This document shows positions 11,195 through 25,370 of a DNA stretch of 46,866 nt, piece by piece. The DNA comes from Octopus bimaculoides (Eukaryota). The stretch covers positions 36,136,069 to 36,182,934 of the forward strand of contig NC_068993.1 of assembly GCF_001194135.2 (NCBI RefSeq), written 5' to 3'. The position numbers and the translations under genes were made by a program. Below the pieces are notes generated by a model. That model was not told where the DNA came from, ran no database searches, and worked only from the letters and a program-made list of their open reading frames with translations. Each line of letters opens with the position of its first letter. Within the stretch, counting starts at the first letter, position 1.

Positions 11195-13477
11195 ACGGGA
11201 ATTTAAAACTGGAAGATAAATACAATTATTATATATGATAAAGAGGTACGAAACAGAATTTATACTGCTTAACGAAATTTTCATGAAAATCTTTAGCTTA
11301 TATTTTCTCACTTTCTGATAAGCAGACGTAATATCGCTTGTCATGGCTACCTAATGTCATTTTGATTTCTGAACAAAATTTTCATTAGACTCTCATGGCT
11401 ACATTTACATATCGACTGTACACACATAATTTAGTCCCTTTGTAACTATTTGTCAAACGCATTTTTTGTATGTATGAACTAAACTGATGTATACAAACCG
11501 ATGTATTGTGCATTCAAGTAACGTCTATTTAGTTTGAATTTATCAGTTGACCAACGTTCTAACAGCGAACATGCTGTCTTTATTTGGGGAACACACCTAC
11601 TGCCCCTGACATGTTGAAGAAAAATTTAGTTACTAAAAGTCGATCAGGCTAGGCATGGACAAAGAATCCCATCTTCCTTGCTGTTTCAATAAAATTCTTG
11701 TTTGGGTATATGTATTTGATGAATGGTAAAATAAACTTTTCTAGGTGGAATTTTGTAACAGTTGTCATTCGACCCCACATACTTCATGAGAACTGAAAAA
11801 GGTACACACACACCTTCAGTTTTAGTATTTTTGTATTTCCTACAACAGAAATTACGATTGTGAAAAAAAACAAATTCTAAAATTTCATTTTGTTTTCTTC
11901 ATTTTTTACTCCTCATTTCGATACCCTTTTCCTTTCCTGTGACTTCGAAGGCCATCGTTGCTGGCATTTCGTTGCATTTCTGTACAGAAAGACTTGACTA
12001 CTCAACGCTATTCCATTAGTAATAAGATACAATATCGTTCAGCCTCAGACCACAATTCTACCAATCATTTCGGTCAAGCTTGCATGTTATGGCGTACGCG
12101 TGGGCGTGTATTGTCCTATTCCATTTGAAACTCCTCACAACCCACACCATCCAACAAAAACATCCTCCTCAGCAACAAGCGAAACATTATAATTAGCCTT
12201 CATTATAGACATCGGGGTTCAAACTGCACGTTTAGGTTTTATTCCTTAATCCCTACACCCTTTATCTAGGCGATGATTCAAAAGACAAAATAGATTTTTC
12301 AACAAAGATAAAGCTTTCAACAGAGATAGGTCGTAGCTGTTTGACAAAATCTCTCAGTAACATAATACTATGTACTAATAGCAGTTGACTTCGTCTGATA
12401 TATATGTATATAAAGTCACATAAATTACAATTCACTTAAATGCTTCAAATATATTCATTGCATTTCAAATTAGAAATGCAAAAACTACTGCAATATGAAA
12501 AGGGTTTATAAATACCCATAAGAGGTTATTGCAATGAAAAAAAACCCCCACTATTATTGTTGTTTACAGTGGAAGCAGCGAAGGAAGGGGCAAGAAGCAC
12601 AAGATCCTTCCAATCTGTATAAACGAAATTTAAAACCCAGCGCAGCTTTTCAACATCTGTGCATTTATTATTTATTTATTTATTTTCGTGACAAGTAAAC
12701 ACACAGGGCTAAGCGACACACAAACATATAAAGATCACGTGCTTCAAGTGGTGGGATGTGACATTCGATCTGTAACTAACTGTCCAATGTAAATGAAGTT
12801 GCCAAATTCTTCAATCGTGTTTTCTGTTGATGTNNNNNNNNNNNNNNNNNNNNNNNNNNNNNNNNNNNNNNNNNNNNNNNNNNNNNNNNNNNNNNNNNNN
12901 NNNNNNNNNNNNNNNNNNNNNNNNNNNNNNNNNNNNNNNNNNNNNNNNNNNNNNNNNNNNNNNNNNNNNNNNNNNNNNNNNNNNNNNNNNNNNNNNNNNN
13001 NNNNNNNNNNNNNNNNNNNNNNNNNNNNNNNNNNNNNNNNNNNNNNNNNNNNNNNNNNNNNNNNNNNNNNNNNNNNNNNNNNNNNNNNNNNNNNNNNNNN
13101 NNNNNNNNNNNNNNNNNNNNNNNNNNNNNNNNNNNNNNNNNNNNNNNNNNNNNNNNNNNNNNNNNNNNNNNNNNNNNNNNNNNNNNNNNNNNNNNNNNNN
13201 NNNNNNNNNNNNNNNNNNNNNNNNNNNNNNNNNNNNNNNNNNNNNNNNNNNNNNNNNNNNNNNNNNNNNNNNNNNNNNNNNNNNNNNNNNNNNNNNNNNN
13301 NNNNNNNNNNNNNNNNNNNNNNNNNNNNNNNNNNNNNNNNNNNNNNNNNNNNNNNNNNNNNNNNNNNNNNNNNNNNNNNNNNNNNNNNNNNNNNNNNNNN
13401 NNNNNNNNNNNNNNNNNNNNNNNNNNNNNNNNNNNNNNNNNNNNNNNNNNNNNNNNNNNNNNNNNNNNNNNNNNNNN

Positions 13478-13514
<37 letters not shown>

Positions 13515-13914
13515 TGTATACGTATGTGTATATACACATAGCATATATGAGATAATGTGTCAAACAAAACCATTGCGTGACAGTTGACACCAAAACATGA
13601 TACACACTCCCCACACGTCTCTCCTTCTCTCTCACGCAACATAAATGCCGGAGGTGGAGAAATAGCAACAATATGTTTACGATTATAAGAAAAATAAAAT
13701 ATCAATAAAAAGTTGAAGAAAATGATAACAAAAAAACAGAAGTGAAAGAAATAGGTCGGTACAGTTGTGCAAGATTGTAACTAAAACTGGTTGTTTTGAA
13801 TGTATGTTTACATATGAAAATTACGAGGTTTTTAAAAGTGAAGTAGGATTCCTGTACGATACAGTCAAAAAGTAAGGGGGGGGTGTATATGTATCTTTTA
13901 CTTGTTTCGGTCAT

Positions 13915-14230
13915 TGGACTATGGGCATGCTAGGACGCCGCCTTGACGGGTTTTAGTCGAACGAATCGATCCCAGTGCTTATTTTTAAAGCATGGGGCTA
14001 ATTCTATTGAGTCCTTTTGCCGAACCGCATTGTTACAGAAGCGTAAACAAAGCAACACCGGCTATCAAGTGGCAGTGGAGGAACAAACACAAATACGTAA
14101 ATACATATGATCGAGAGGTAAGAAGCTTGCACCCCAAATCACATGGTTTCGAGTTCACCCTCACTGCCTCGAACCGACCAAAGCCTTGTGAGTGGATTTA
14201 GAAGACGGGGTTACTGAAAGAAGCTCGTCA
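13915..14230. mobile_element. SINE family B fragments: 3' half on - (about 13915-14100), head on + (about 14110-14230)
   Basis: Matches the family at 38845-39466 (gaccaaagccttgtgagtggattt...gaaagaagc; ttagtcgaa...gatcccagt). Confidence 0.6.
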
Positions 14231-14811
14231 TGAGTGCGTGTGTGCGCGCGGGTGCGTGCGTGTGTGTATGTGTGTGTGTACACATTATGTGGTTAAAAAA
14301 GGGAGTGCATATTTGCCCTTGTCTTGTTTTAAGCTCACATCTAAAATATGCATTATAGGAATCAAATTTCCATAAACTTGTATCGTCAGAGAGCAATGCA
14401 GCAATGTACTAAGATACCTTAGGTTTATGACTAGCGTACGAGATATGCATAAATTAAAAGCTCACATTCGTGATAAGAGGGGAAAGAAGAAAGATATCTT
14501 TAAAAATAATAAAAAGGCACGGCTGGTGACATTGACTATGCTAAGTTGTAAACGGGGAAATGAATGGTACGTGGAAGTGAGTAACGACAACCAACACGTG
14601 AAGATTAATCGGCATGAATACAGCAAACCTATGTACCTTAAGTTGGAAAAGAAAGAAAAAAGGACCCGAGGTATATCAGAACTTGCTTTTAACTAACTTT
14701 CAAACAGTTGTGGAGGAATTGTGTCAGTGACCAGGTAGCTGTTGTACGATGGAATTTCGAATTTCACAGTTTCAGTGCGTTTTGAATGGCCAAAGTGACT
14801 CTTCCACAGTG

Positions 14812-14855
<44 letters not shown>

Positions 14856-14856
14856 A

Positions 14857-14895
<39 letters not shown>

Positions 14896-15714
14896 NNNNN
14901 NNNNNNNNNNNNNNNNNNNNNNNNNNNNNNNNNNNNNNNNNNNNNNNNNNNNNNNNNNNNNNNNNNNNNNNNNNNNNNNNNNNNNNNNNNNNNNNNNNNN
15001 NNNNNNNNNNNNNNNNNNNNNNNNNNNNNNNNNNNNNNNNNNNNNNNNNNNNNNNNNNNNNNNNNNNNNNNNNNNNNNNNNNNNNNNNNNNNNNNNNNNN
15101 NNNNNNNNNNNNNNNNNNNNNNNNNNNNNNNNNNNNNNNNNNNNNNNNNNNNNNNNNNNNNNNNNNNNNNNNNNNNNNNNNNNNNNNNNNNNNNNNNNNN
15201 NNNNNNNNNNNNNNNNNNNNNNNNNNNNNNNNNNNNNGCATCAGGCATACAGAAAGTTCTTTGTGGTCCACGCTACAAAATAGCAAATTAGGGATCCAAA
15301 ATAGTATTTTAAGGGCTTCTGGAAAAAATAATTTTATAAAAAACATTTCAGTACCGGTTTCGGTCATTAAGACTTGTTCAACTGTAAGTATCGAAAACAA
15401 TTAAATTTTGCCCCTTTTATTTGAATACTATGCAAGTATTCATTTAAAATACTTATTTATTTTTTCCAAAATTTAATTGTTTTCCATACTTACAGTTGAA
15501 AAAGACTCAATGACCGAAACTGGTACTGAAATGTTTTTTATAAAATTATTTTAGCATTTTCTACCTTGACTTTTTTTCCATATATATATATATACACACA
15601 CATACAGACAAACAGACAGGCAGATAACATATTTGCTCTTATAGTGCGGTGATTAGTTTCACTGGAGTAAAGGCTTTCCTTTACATTTGTCTTATAATTA
15701 TATACCTATATAGT

Positions 15715-16050
15715 CGCAGGCATGGCTGTGTGTTTAAGAAACTTACTCTGCACCAACAGAGTGATTTCAGGTTCAGTACCACTGCGCAGCACCTTGGGCA
15801 AGTTTCTACTTTCGCTCAGATCAATGACCTGTGAATGAATTAGGTAGACGGATAGACGGAAACTGTGTGGAAGTGCATCGTATATATGTATACGCTTATG
15901 TGCGCGCGCGCGCACATACACATCTTTGTCCGCTTGACAACCAGTGTTGGTTCGTTCACGGAAATTCGCGGTTCGGAATAAGAAACACAGACAAAGTATT
16001 AGACTTAAATAAATGGGTTTGTTCGACTAAAACCCATGAAGGCAGTGTCC
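15715..16050 (+). mobile_element. tRNA-derived SINE, family B variant
   Basis: Head ggcatggctgtgtgtttaagaa...ggttcagtaccactgcgcagcaccttgggcaag, then cgcttgacaaccagtgttgg...ttgttcgactaaa, as at 38845-39466. Confidence 0.7.
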
Positions 16051-16695
16051 TAGCATGTGTGCGTGTGATTAGATAATCACCAACAAATATTGACTGTTTT
16101 TTTAACATGATGATTATGTCGAGAGAATTAAACATCTCTATTTATACGTGAACTTGAGCGTGAGCGTGAGCGTGAGCGCGCGCTCTTGCACGAGCTACGT
16201 AAACACGATAACCAATCAACACAAATTACGTAATACACAGTAAAAATAGCAGCAGGGTGTGTATGTGAGTGTACGTATGTTCATGTGAAGGTACCTTCAA
16301 CAGTTTACAATTAGAGAATAACAAGATTAGCGAAATTGTTGTTATTGCAGATATATGATCGAAACTATTCCATCCAACATGTCCCTTGCCCTCCCACTAA
16401 GAACTGTAGGGTGCGATTTGAGAGAGATTTCGTTGCTATTTTTAGCAGGCTGAGTTCTTCCCTAGCTCTGCAGTTCTTTGCATTCGATCCCACCATCTGA
16501 GGTTTGTTTCTTCTCTCGTCGATACCAACGAATGAAGACGTCAGGTGTGCCATAAAAACAATAAAATACTATTTTACTCATACTGATATTTACATCTACA
16601 TCAGCCCAGATCGAGCAAATTTGCAATAAAACCGTTCCAACCACGACTGTCCTTGTTTAATGGGAGTATTGAAGATTACATTTTCTAATATGATC

Positions 16696-17006
16696 GGAGA
16701 TCTCTCGGAGATGGTATATCAAAAGTGAAACTTCGGCAATTTCCGTAAAAAGTTTTTATTTCTTTAATTTTTTTCAGCTGAATCGCTTGTGTTTATGTAT
16801 TTTTTGTGTATGTGTGTATGTTTATTTGTATATGTAAGTATGTTTATATATACATATGAAAATATACATACATGCACTTAAACACAAATACAAACGATTC
16901 CGTTGAAAAAAAATTAAGAATGATTCGGTCGGAAAAAAAGAAATTGAAGAAATAAAAAATTGCTGCACTAGTTTCAGTTTTAATATACCATCTCCGAAAA
17001 ATCACC
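16696..17006. mobile_element. 311-bp fold-back MITE with GG termini and near-perfect 8-bp TSD (Merlin-like)
   Basis: 37-bp TIRs at 16696-16732 and 16970-17006 (32/37 identical), with further loose internal palindromy. Flanked by atatgatc (16688-16695) and atgtgatc (17007-17014). Confidence 0.75.
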
Positions 17007-17519
17007 ATGTGATCCCCCTCCCTCTCTTCTTTCTTAAGATGGTGGCATATGATATAAGGAAGATTTCGGGGTAACTGAGTATAAAAATGCGTTAAGCCTT
17101 AAATTTAGTGGGCACTACACAAACATGTAAGAGACTATACTGTCGCTAAAACCTTTTACAAATAGTAATCAAGTCACACTCAAATCACAATCCTGTCTTA
17201 AAAACAGAAGCATACATTTCATAATACAGTTCTAATTACATTGAGGTAAAAAAAAAAAAAAAAAAAGATGGCGCAACTGGAATGCTGTCCCGGAGTTTAA
17301 AACATCAAGTACTTAATTAAGAAGTGGTTTGACCCAATAACCCTGATCGATTTAACATACAATCAAAGATGTTCCCCTTATTTTGTATATCACAGCCAAC
17401 ATTTGATATACAATGATCTATGTGTCCTTCTCTAAGGTGTGATTTAACAGATACCTAACTGCTATTTCTAGTAATTCGTTAAGAAATGGTTACATTTATT
17501 ATTTCAAAACAATCAAATG

Positions 17520-17640
17520 AGGCAAGTGGCTTAGTAGAATCGTTAGAACATCTGAAAGAATATCTTGAGATAATTCTTCCAATGTTTTTTTCAAGTTCTG
17601 AGTTCCAATCCCGCCGAAGTCAACTTTGTGTTTCATCGAT
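17520..17640 (+). mobile_element. SINE family A head, plus orientation
   Basis: tagtagaatcgttagaac...gttctgagttccaatcccgccgaagtcaactttg matches the family A tRNA-like head. Confidence 0.65.
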
Positions 17641-18047
17641 CCGGAATCGAAAAAAATAAAATATAAAGTACCAATAAAGTTCTGGGGTCAACCTAAACGA
17701 CTGGACTACACCTTTTCCATAAATTGTATGGTCCATTTTTTTTTCTTTCTAGAAATCTTTATAACACCTATCATCCAGAAGTTTATAAAATGGGAGACAA
17801 GAAATACGGCTAATTTTTCGGCGAGAACCTGGGCTTTTCATCTCTTTCTTTCCCGCTTTATTACATTTCTTTTCCGGTTAGGACTTTTACAACCCATGCA
17901 AATCAAAACAGGNNNNNNNNNNNNNNNNNNNNNNNNNNNNNNNNNNNNNNNNNNNNNNNNNNNNNNNNNNNNNNNNNNNNNNNNNNNNNNNNNNNNNNNN
18001 NNTCATTCAAATAAAATTGTCGTTATTCACCCCCTCTCTCTCTCATA

Positions 18048-18097
<50 letters not shown>

Positions 18098-18241
18098 ACA
18101 CATGTACATATATATTTATATAAGGCACAGGAAATGTGTCAAGGCCTAATAGAAAGCGGTCTGGCTTCCTAGGGCTAAACAGCAGTAGTATATTCCCTTA
18201 TTGGGATTGTCACGTTAAGTTGGCAGTATAAAACTACTTTA

Positions 18242-18285
<44 letters not shown>

Positions 18286-18295
18286 NNNNNNNNNN

Positions 18296-18357
<62 letters not shown>

Positions 18358-19106
18358 GTATAGAGCACATTGGACCTCTTGGGGCTAGAAGCCCAGCGGC
18401 TTGCTATCAATAGATACATATTATAGGGCCCAGTGCATTTGCACATGGACGGCCTACAATGCTTGCTTGGTTGCTTGTCTGCTTCAATATATTCGGTTTG
18501 GGGTTTGAAAACAAACTAATAAAGAATTACTGTTGTCTTTCGAAAACACAGGTCAAAGGTCTGGTGTATGTGTATGTGTGTCTGCGCGCATACACATATA
18601 ATCACTCAGCTTGCTAAAGATAGCAGCCACATAAATCTGAAAATCATACAGCACCACGTTGGATAATGTAGACCTTGAGACATTTATCAAGAAGAACCAC
18701 CTTTAAAAAAATAGGATTGATGGCTACATTTAGAGTGCTTTTGATTTTAGATTTGTTTGGTAAGACTATGAGCTGGATCAAAACAGAAATCATCATCATC
18801 ATCAAAGTAACGAAACCAACCAACACAACAACAGCGATAATTAGACAAGTAAATTACATACCACCATTTAATTACTACTTAATTGTAGAAAATTTCATAA
18901 TGAACGTTAATTATTAACATTGATAAAAACAATTATAAATTATTTAGTGTAAAAAAATAAATGCTGGAATGTTTGTAGAGTCGATAAGGGTGTATATGAT
19001 GTAAACAACATATTTGCGTAAAGAGGGAGCCATCATGTGTGTATATGTATATATACACACATACACACATATATATGTATGTATACACACATACATATAT
19101 GTATGT

Positions 19107-19141
<35 letters not shown>

Positions 19142-19255
19142 CATATACACAGATGCATACATACATGCATACCTACATGCATGCATGCATGCATACATAC
19201 ACATATATATATGTATATATACACACACACAGATGCATACATACATACATCTATG

Positions 19256-19294
<39 letters not shown>

Positions 19295-19846
19295 GTATAT
19301 TTATGTATACATTCATATGTAGATATATATATATATACACATACAGAGAGATGCATACATACATGCATACATACATACATACATGAGAAAGGGTTTCATT
19401 CTAATAACTAACTCCTCTAACATACTCATCAACATGAAAAGATATAACATTATAAAGTGCAAATGAGGGCTGGTGCAACTCTAAGAGCTCTCTGGACCTA
19501 CTAGAAATAGCAGCCAAATGTACTTGAAATCAAACCCATCAATAAAAAGGAAGAACGTTCGCTAATGCAATCCTGGGTAGACTATTCTGAACACTAAGTG
19601 AAGACGTAATGTTTAGAAAGCCCTTCGTCGTAATTCTGCGCAATCAGAACAGAACTAGGAGTTAAACAACAATAATGGTATAAAACAAATAAGTAGGGAA
19701 CAGTTTTAGGGGGCAACCAAACCCCTCAAAGGCAAGTTGAATAGAAAAACAAAAAGAATATATTTGAAAATTTAATTCTGGTTAATAAATCGTATCATAT
19801 GGCATGCATATGCACATCACACACTTAATATGTATGTACACACAAG

Positions 19847-19878
<32 letters not shown>

Positions 19879-19881
<3 letters not shown>

Positions 19882-19926
19882 GCACACAAACATACATACA
19901 GAGCATGTATATACATACAAATTACA

Positions 19927-19975
<49 letters not shown>

Positions 19976-20020
19976 GCACACAAACATACATACAGAGCAT
20001 GTATATACATACAAATTACA

Positions 20021-20028
<8 letters not shown>
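19879..20028. repeat. Exact 56-bp direct duplication separated by (TA)n (period 94 bp)
   Basis: cacgcacacaaacatacatacagagcatgtatatacatacaaattacatgtgtgtg at 19879-19934 and 19973-20028. Confidence 0.85.
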
Positions 20029-20055
<27 letters not shown>

Positions 20056-20470
20056 GCATATATATATATATATATATCCTAAGGGATCGTCCAAAACGTT
20101 GCTTTTTCAGAAAACGAAAAGAAAAAACAGTTTTACCATTTCATACCAAGACTGTTGTATTACACATTGACAATTTTTGATATCTTTGTATCTGGAGCAG
20201 CTGGAGATACGATAGTTTGACCAAAAAACCGCCTATTGCAAGCAAAAATACTGAAAAAAAATCGCATTTGGCCAAATTTGGATATACGACAGTTCAACAT
20301 AATAGCAACGAAAGACACACACACACACACACATATATAAATATATATAAAGAATATGAGGGGTTTAGTGATATAAACGAATAGGTGCGCTGGGTAAGTG
20401 GTATAGTTGGTCGCCCGTTAGATTCCAAGATCCGTGTTAGGGCTCCGTTATAGCATATATATAAATTATA

Positions 20471-20605
20471 TTAGAGGGAAAATCAAAACCAAGGCAGAAC
20501 GAGTATCTTAAGGCATTTAGAATAATTCAATTAACCTTACCCTAATTAAATTATTCTAAATGACTTGAGATACTCATTCTGCCTTGGTTTTGATTTTTCC
20601 TCTAA
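20471..20605. repeat. 135-bp fold-back hairpin (63-bp arms, 9-nt loop); possible miniature Tc1/mariner derivative
   Basis: Arms 20471-20533 and 20543-20605 are 58/63 complementary. The inner element gaggg...cctc is flanked by TA on both sides. Confidence 0.85.
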
Positions 20606-20606
20606 G

Positions 20607-20645
<39 letters not shown>

Positions 20646-21194
20646 CACACACGTGCATACATAAATATGGCTTGTATGTACACATATGAACGTACGTATA
20701 TGCACATATACCATGTATATACACACACCTGACATGTATGTCATCTAGCATAACGAAGCTGTGAGAAAACAAAACTGAGTCGATGTCGCCGCCACCGTTT
20801 TTCACTTAGCACACCTAACTAGCAAAAAGGGCATCAACCTGATCACTCGAGAGAAGAGAAATGGCACCCAAATCTGTCTCAAATCACAACCTATTCATCT
20901 TGTGAAAAGAATTACATACAAAAAAAAACATGGGAAGGTCATGGCTGGGGTGTCTGATCAATTACCACTTCTTGCTCAGTACTGAGCTGGGCTAAAAAAA
21001 TCAAGACCTTAACCCTTTCACTCTCTCTTCATTTCTTTCTCTCTCTGTTACCCCCTCTTTTATATGCAAATCAACATTATTCAAGGTCACGAGCTCGAGT
21101 TTAGAAAATCGATGAGAGAGCTAGAAAAATCAGTTAACCTATCTTACGTAACAATGGATAGTAGTAATAATAACTATGGATATAAATAGTAATT

Positions 21195-21534
21195 CTCACT
21201 CCTATAGGCACAAGTGCTGAAATTTTGGAGGAGGAGGCCAATCGATTATATCGATCCCAATGCTCAACTGGTACTTAAGGATGAAAGACAAAGTGACCCC
21301 AGTGGAATAAAAATAATAATAATCCTTTCTACTATAGGCACAAGGCATGAAATCTCGGGGAGGAGACTAGTCGATTACATCGATCCAGCACTTGACTGGT
21401 ACTTATTTCATCAACCCTGAAAGGATGAAAGGCAAAGTCGACCTGGAATAAATTTGAACTCAAAACGTAGTGGCAGACGAAATACCGTTAAACAGTTCTC
21501 CCGGTATGCTAACGATTCTGCCAGCTCGCCGCCT
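21195..21534 (-). mobile_element. Two tandem SINE family A copies
   Basis: tataggcacaag...gatgaaag.caaagt repeated at about 21195-21300 and 21323-21534, separated by AAT tracts. Confidence 0.8.
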
Positions 21535-22310
21535 AATGACAAGATCAGAAATATTGGGGTGGAGACTGTCGATCTCAGTACTCCCCCCCCCCACTACCAT
21601 ACACATTATTTTCAATCTGACAAGTTTACTGAATTTTTTTNNNNNNNNNNAAAAAAAAAGGGCAGCATTTTCGTACATTCATTTCTGTGAAACAGTTATT
21701 GTTCATTCTCGAATATTATTGATAAATTCAGTACTGATAATTTATTTATTTATTTATTGTAAACGGATGATAGTAAATATATAAATTTTAAGGGAGTGGT
21801 TTTTAATAAATAACTTTTTAAAAAGTGATTTAAAACAAAATTGGCAGGTTTTGTTTGATATATAACATAAACATTTGCTTTTCTATTGGGTTCATTTTTG
21901 TTTTTTGTTTTTGTTTTTTTTACTTGCTGGGTCTGAAGGAAGGACCCCATAGCCTTCGTAATCCCTTCCATACATTTTACAAGGCAAACTATTTAACGTT
22001 TTGTCGAGCCTCAACCAGATAAAAAGCAAAATCGACCTCGATGGGATTTGAACTGTCTACGTCACGTCATTTCATCACTCTAGCGATTCTGCTACAATGA
22101 ATTAATCGGTTCAGTTCTTAGACACAAGGTCACAGAATTTTAGGGTAGATTAAATCTACTTCCACAACCATAATCTCAGAGAAATAAGTTGTGAAGTCCA
22201 ACCCCAGGGTTTGAAATTAGAAAAACAGACACGAAATTAAAACAAATAAACAAATGGCATGTAAGTCGTTGCTCTGCCAATTCAAACCTTCCACCACAAC
22301 CACTACCACC

Positions 22311-22342
<32 letters not shown>

Positions 22343-23264
22343 ATCGACAATGATTTTTGCCTCAAGGGCAACCAAATAAAACATTACAACTGAAACGAAT
22401 TCAACATAAAAACGGAAGGAGAACCGACCATAAACGATTGTTTGTATATAAATAAATTTATATAAAGATATTATCAAATTATTATTTCTGATTTAGATAC
22501 AAGACCGGTAGTTTTGAGAGATGTGGGTTAGTCGACACCTCCCCCTCCCCCACACACATGTACTTTTATTTATTTTATCGACCCTTGAAAGATCGATGGG
22601 GCAGCTGACCGCGTAAAGATAGTAATCTAAAGAAAAAGAAGAAAAATGTTGAACAATAGAGTTGCAGTCATGAAGTTCATATCTTTCTCAATTGGTGTAC
22701 CAATCCTAAACAGCAGTGGAATGATTTATATGAAGATCGAAACCAATACTGGCGAATAGTGGTCTTTTGGGGGTAGTGGATCGCAGAAATCATTTGATCA
22801 ATCACCTACGTAACATGGACCCAATCGATCACAGGCCGACCCAACATGCATATTATCATCACCGTACATTAGCCCTTAGCGAGGACACCCCACAATCAGA
22901 GAGGTTTGAGCCATGACCATCCAATGCTTTATTCAAACAACGTATGTCTAAGTGCATTATTCAATGTGTCCTACCTTTCTTATAGACGGTAGTGTGTGGT
23001 TTGAATGAGATTTAGCTTCTCTTTCTAGCCCCTTGGTGTAACTGCAACGAGGTTCGCTCGTAGAATCATATAAGACATTGTTGTTGTTTCAGTTGCTATC
23101 GTTAACACTATCGCAAAATGTATGAACAACACAATTCACATTTCTTAGGAACAAACTTATTTAAATCTGAAACAGCTGCAACGTAAAGCAGCCATTGTTA
23201 TTATTTTATCTACTATTGACATCAACAGTAAATCTAAGTTCAACAACATAGTAACGTTTACCTA

Positions 23265-23266
<2 letters not shown>

Positions 23267-23345
<79 letters not shown>
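23267..23345. repeat. (AT)n microsatellite within a compound AT/AC repeat region (about 23260-23935). Similar tracts at 18240-18350, 19030-19385 and 25320-25440 (GA/GATA)
   Basis: Direct reading. These tracts explain the YIYIYI/THTH/ERER ORFs. Confidence 0.95.
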
Positions 23346-23348
<3 letters not shown>

Positions 23349-23599
23349 GTATGTATATATATGCATATATAAATGAATATATATATATGCATATATGTAT
23401 ATATAGGAAAAGAGATATAATTGTATAGGTACAATTATACTTATACCCTATACAGTTATATATCTCTATATATGTATATGCATATATATATATGCATATA
23501 CATATCGATTTATATGCATATAAAACATATAAGAAGCGCACTCTAAAGACACACACACACACACATATATATATACACACACACAAACACACACATCTG

Positions 23600-23662
<63 letters not shown>

Positions 23663-25322
23663 NNNNNNNNNNNNNNNNNNNNNNNNNNNNNNNNNNNNNN
23701 NNNNNNNNNNNNNNNNNNNNNNNNNNNNNNNNNNNNNNNNNNNNNNNNNNNNNNNNNNNNNNNNNNNNNNNNNNNNNNNNNNNNNNNNNNNNNNNNNNNN
23801 NNNNNNNNNNNNNNNNNNNNNNNNNNNNNNNNNNNNNNNNNNNNNNNNNNNNNNNNNNNNNNNNNNNNNNNNNNNNNNNNNNNNNNNNNNATAATACATA
23901 TATATATATACACACACACATATATATAATATATATAAAGGACAACATTTAAATATATACAATAAATAATCAGAAGTACTGAAAGATAAGTTGAAATAGG
24001 AAGAAAAAAAACGGTAGAAAAAGCAGAAATGGTGCCGCGGAAGTGATTTTCCATTGAGTAAAGCCCCCCCAAAATAAAGAACTAAATCCACGAAAATTTT
24101 CAATCAATCATTATACACTTTCTAAATGGTTCACAAATCCATTTTGTTTCATGTGAACACTTCTTGTTGACAAATGAAAATGAAGACAACATATATATGT
24201 GTGTTATTTGTTTCAAACTGTTTTATGTACTTTAGCTGTTTGTAGTAAATCTTGTATGAAACACCAACACCACAAACACAAACAAGGGAGAAGGTTCGTA
24301 ATATAATGTAATGACGTTTGTCGATGACGAAAACAATCTTCTTTCTACATAGTTTTGTATACGATCAGGTCTATTTTTGTGTAAATGATTGTATTTAGTG
24401 TTTTGCTTTTCATAAATAGGTCGACATTATGGGCATGTACCTATGAATGATTAGAAATAAGTCTCCAAGTCAATTCCGATCGAGCAGACATTAAAATCAA
24501 AAATATCTTGTATTTTTTCTGTGAGTGTGTTGGTGTGTGTATATATATATGTGTGCGTGTCTCTCTCTCTCTATATATATATATATAGATAGATAGACAG
24601 ATATATGTATATATATATAGACTGCTCTATTCTTTAGAGTGCGCTTCTTTTCTGATATATGTTTTATATGTATATATATAGATAGTATATGCATATACAT
24701 ATATATATGTATATGTATATGCTAAGCCAGGGTGTATATAGAAGTACATTACTTAATGTGTCATTTTACTTTACTTTTAAAACGATGTGTGACTGCTATT
24801 TCTAGCATATAGAGTTACCACGTAAATGAGGCTCCACTCGCTGGCTTCCAGGTCAAACCTGATAGTATACAGTTAGGATCAAAGGGGTTCCTGTCCTGAC
24901 CAATTTTCCCATATGCTTTCAAACAATGTATCAGAACTACATTCTAAATTGTCTTTCTGAAAGGGTAAGAATGCTATTTAAGGAATATTTCATTACTATT
25001 TCTAGCAGACTGTGTGAACACGAAGAGGTTCAGGTGTATGTAGTTGTCTAATCTTTACAGATGGACTTACCTTCCTCCTATGGCAGCACCTCGACGTCAA
25101 AAATAGAACAGAATAGAATAGAAACTCTACTCTTAGTGAACGATTTATTTAGTAAATTTCCTCAATATCTGACTTTTCACAAACGACATCGCCAGAAATC
25201 GATAATGCAAGAGATCGAGAGAAAAGAGGAGGGGGGAGATAGAGACAGACAGATAGAGAGTGAGGGAGAGAAATGGATAGACATACAGAGATAAGTAGAC
25301 AAAAGACAAACAAATAAATAGG

Positions 25323-25370
<48 letters not shown>

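Noticed and set aside
12760-12833. Minus-strand TIEEFGNFIYIGQLVT resembling the end of an RTE RT domain
   Set aside because: Only about 16 residues are visible before a gap, too short to call.
17626-18123. 165-aa ORF with about 95 non-N residues
   Set aside because: Starts within SINE sequence, crosses a gap into (TG)n and has no recognisable domain.
19879-20028. Exact 56-bp duplication as a functional repeat
   Set aside because: Low complexity, embedded in (TA)n and 100% identical. Most likely slippage or mis-assembly.
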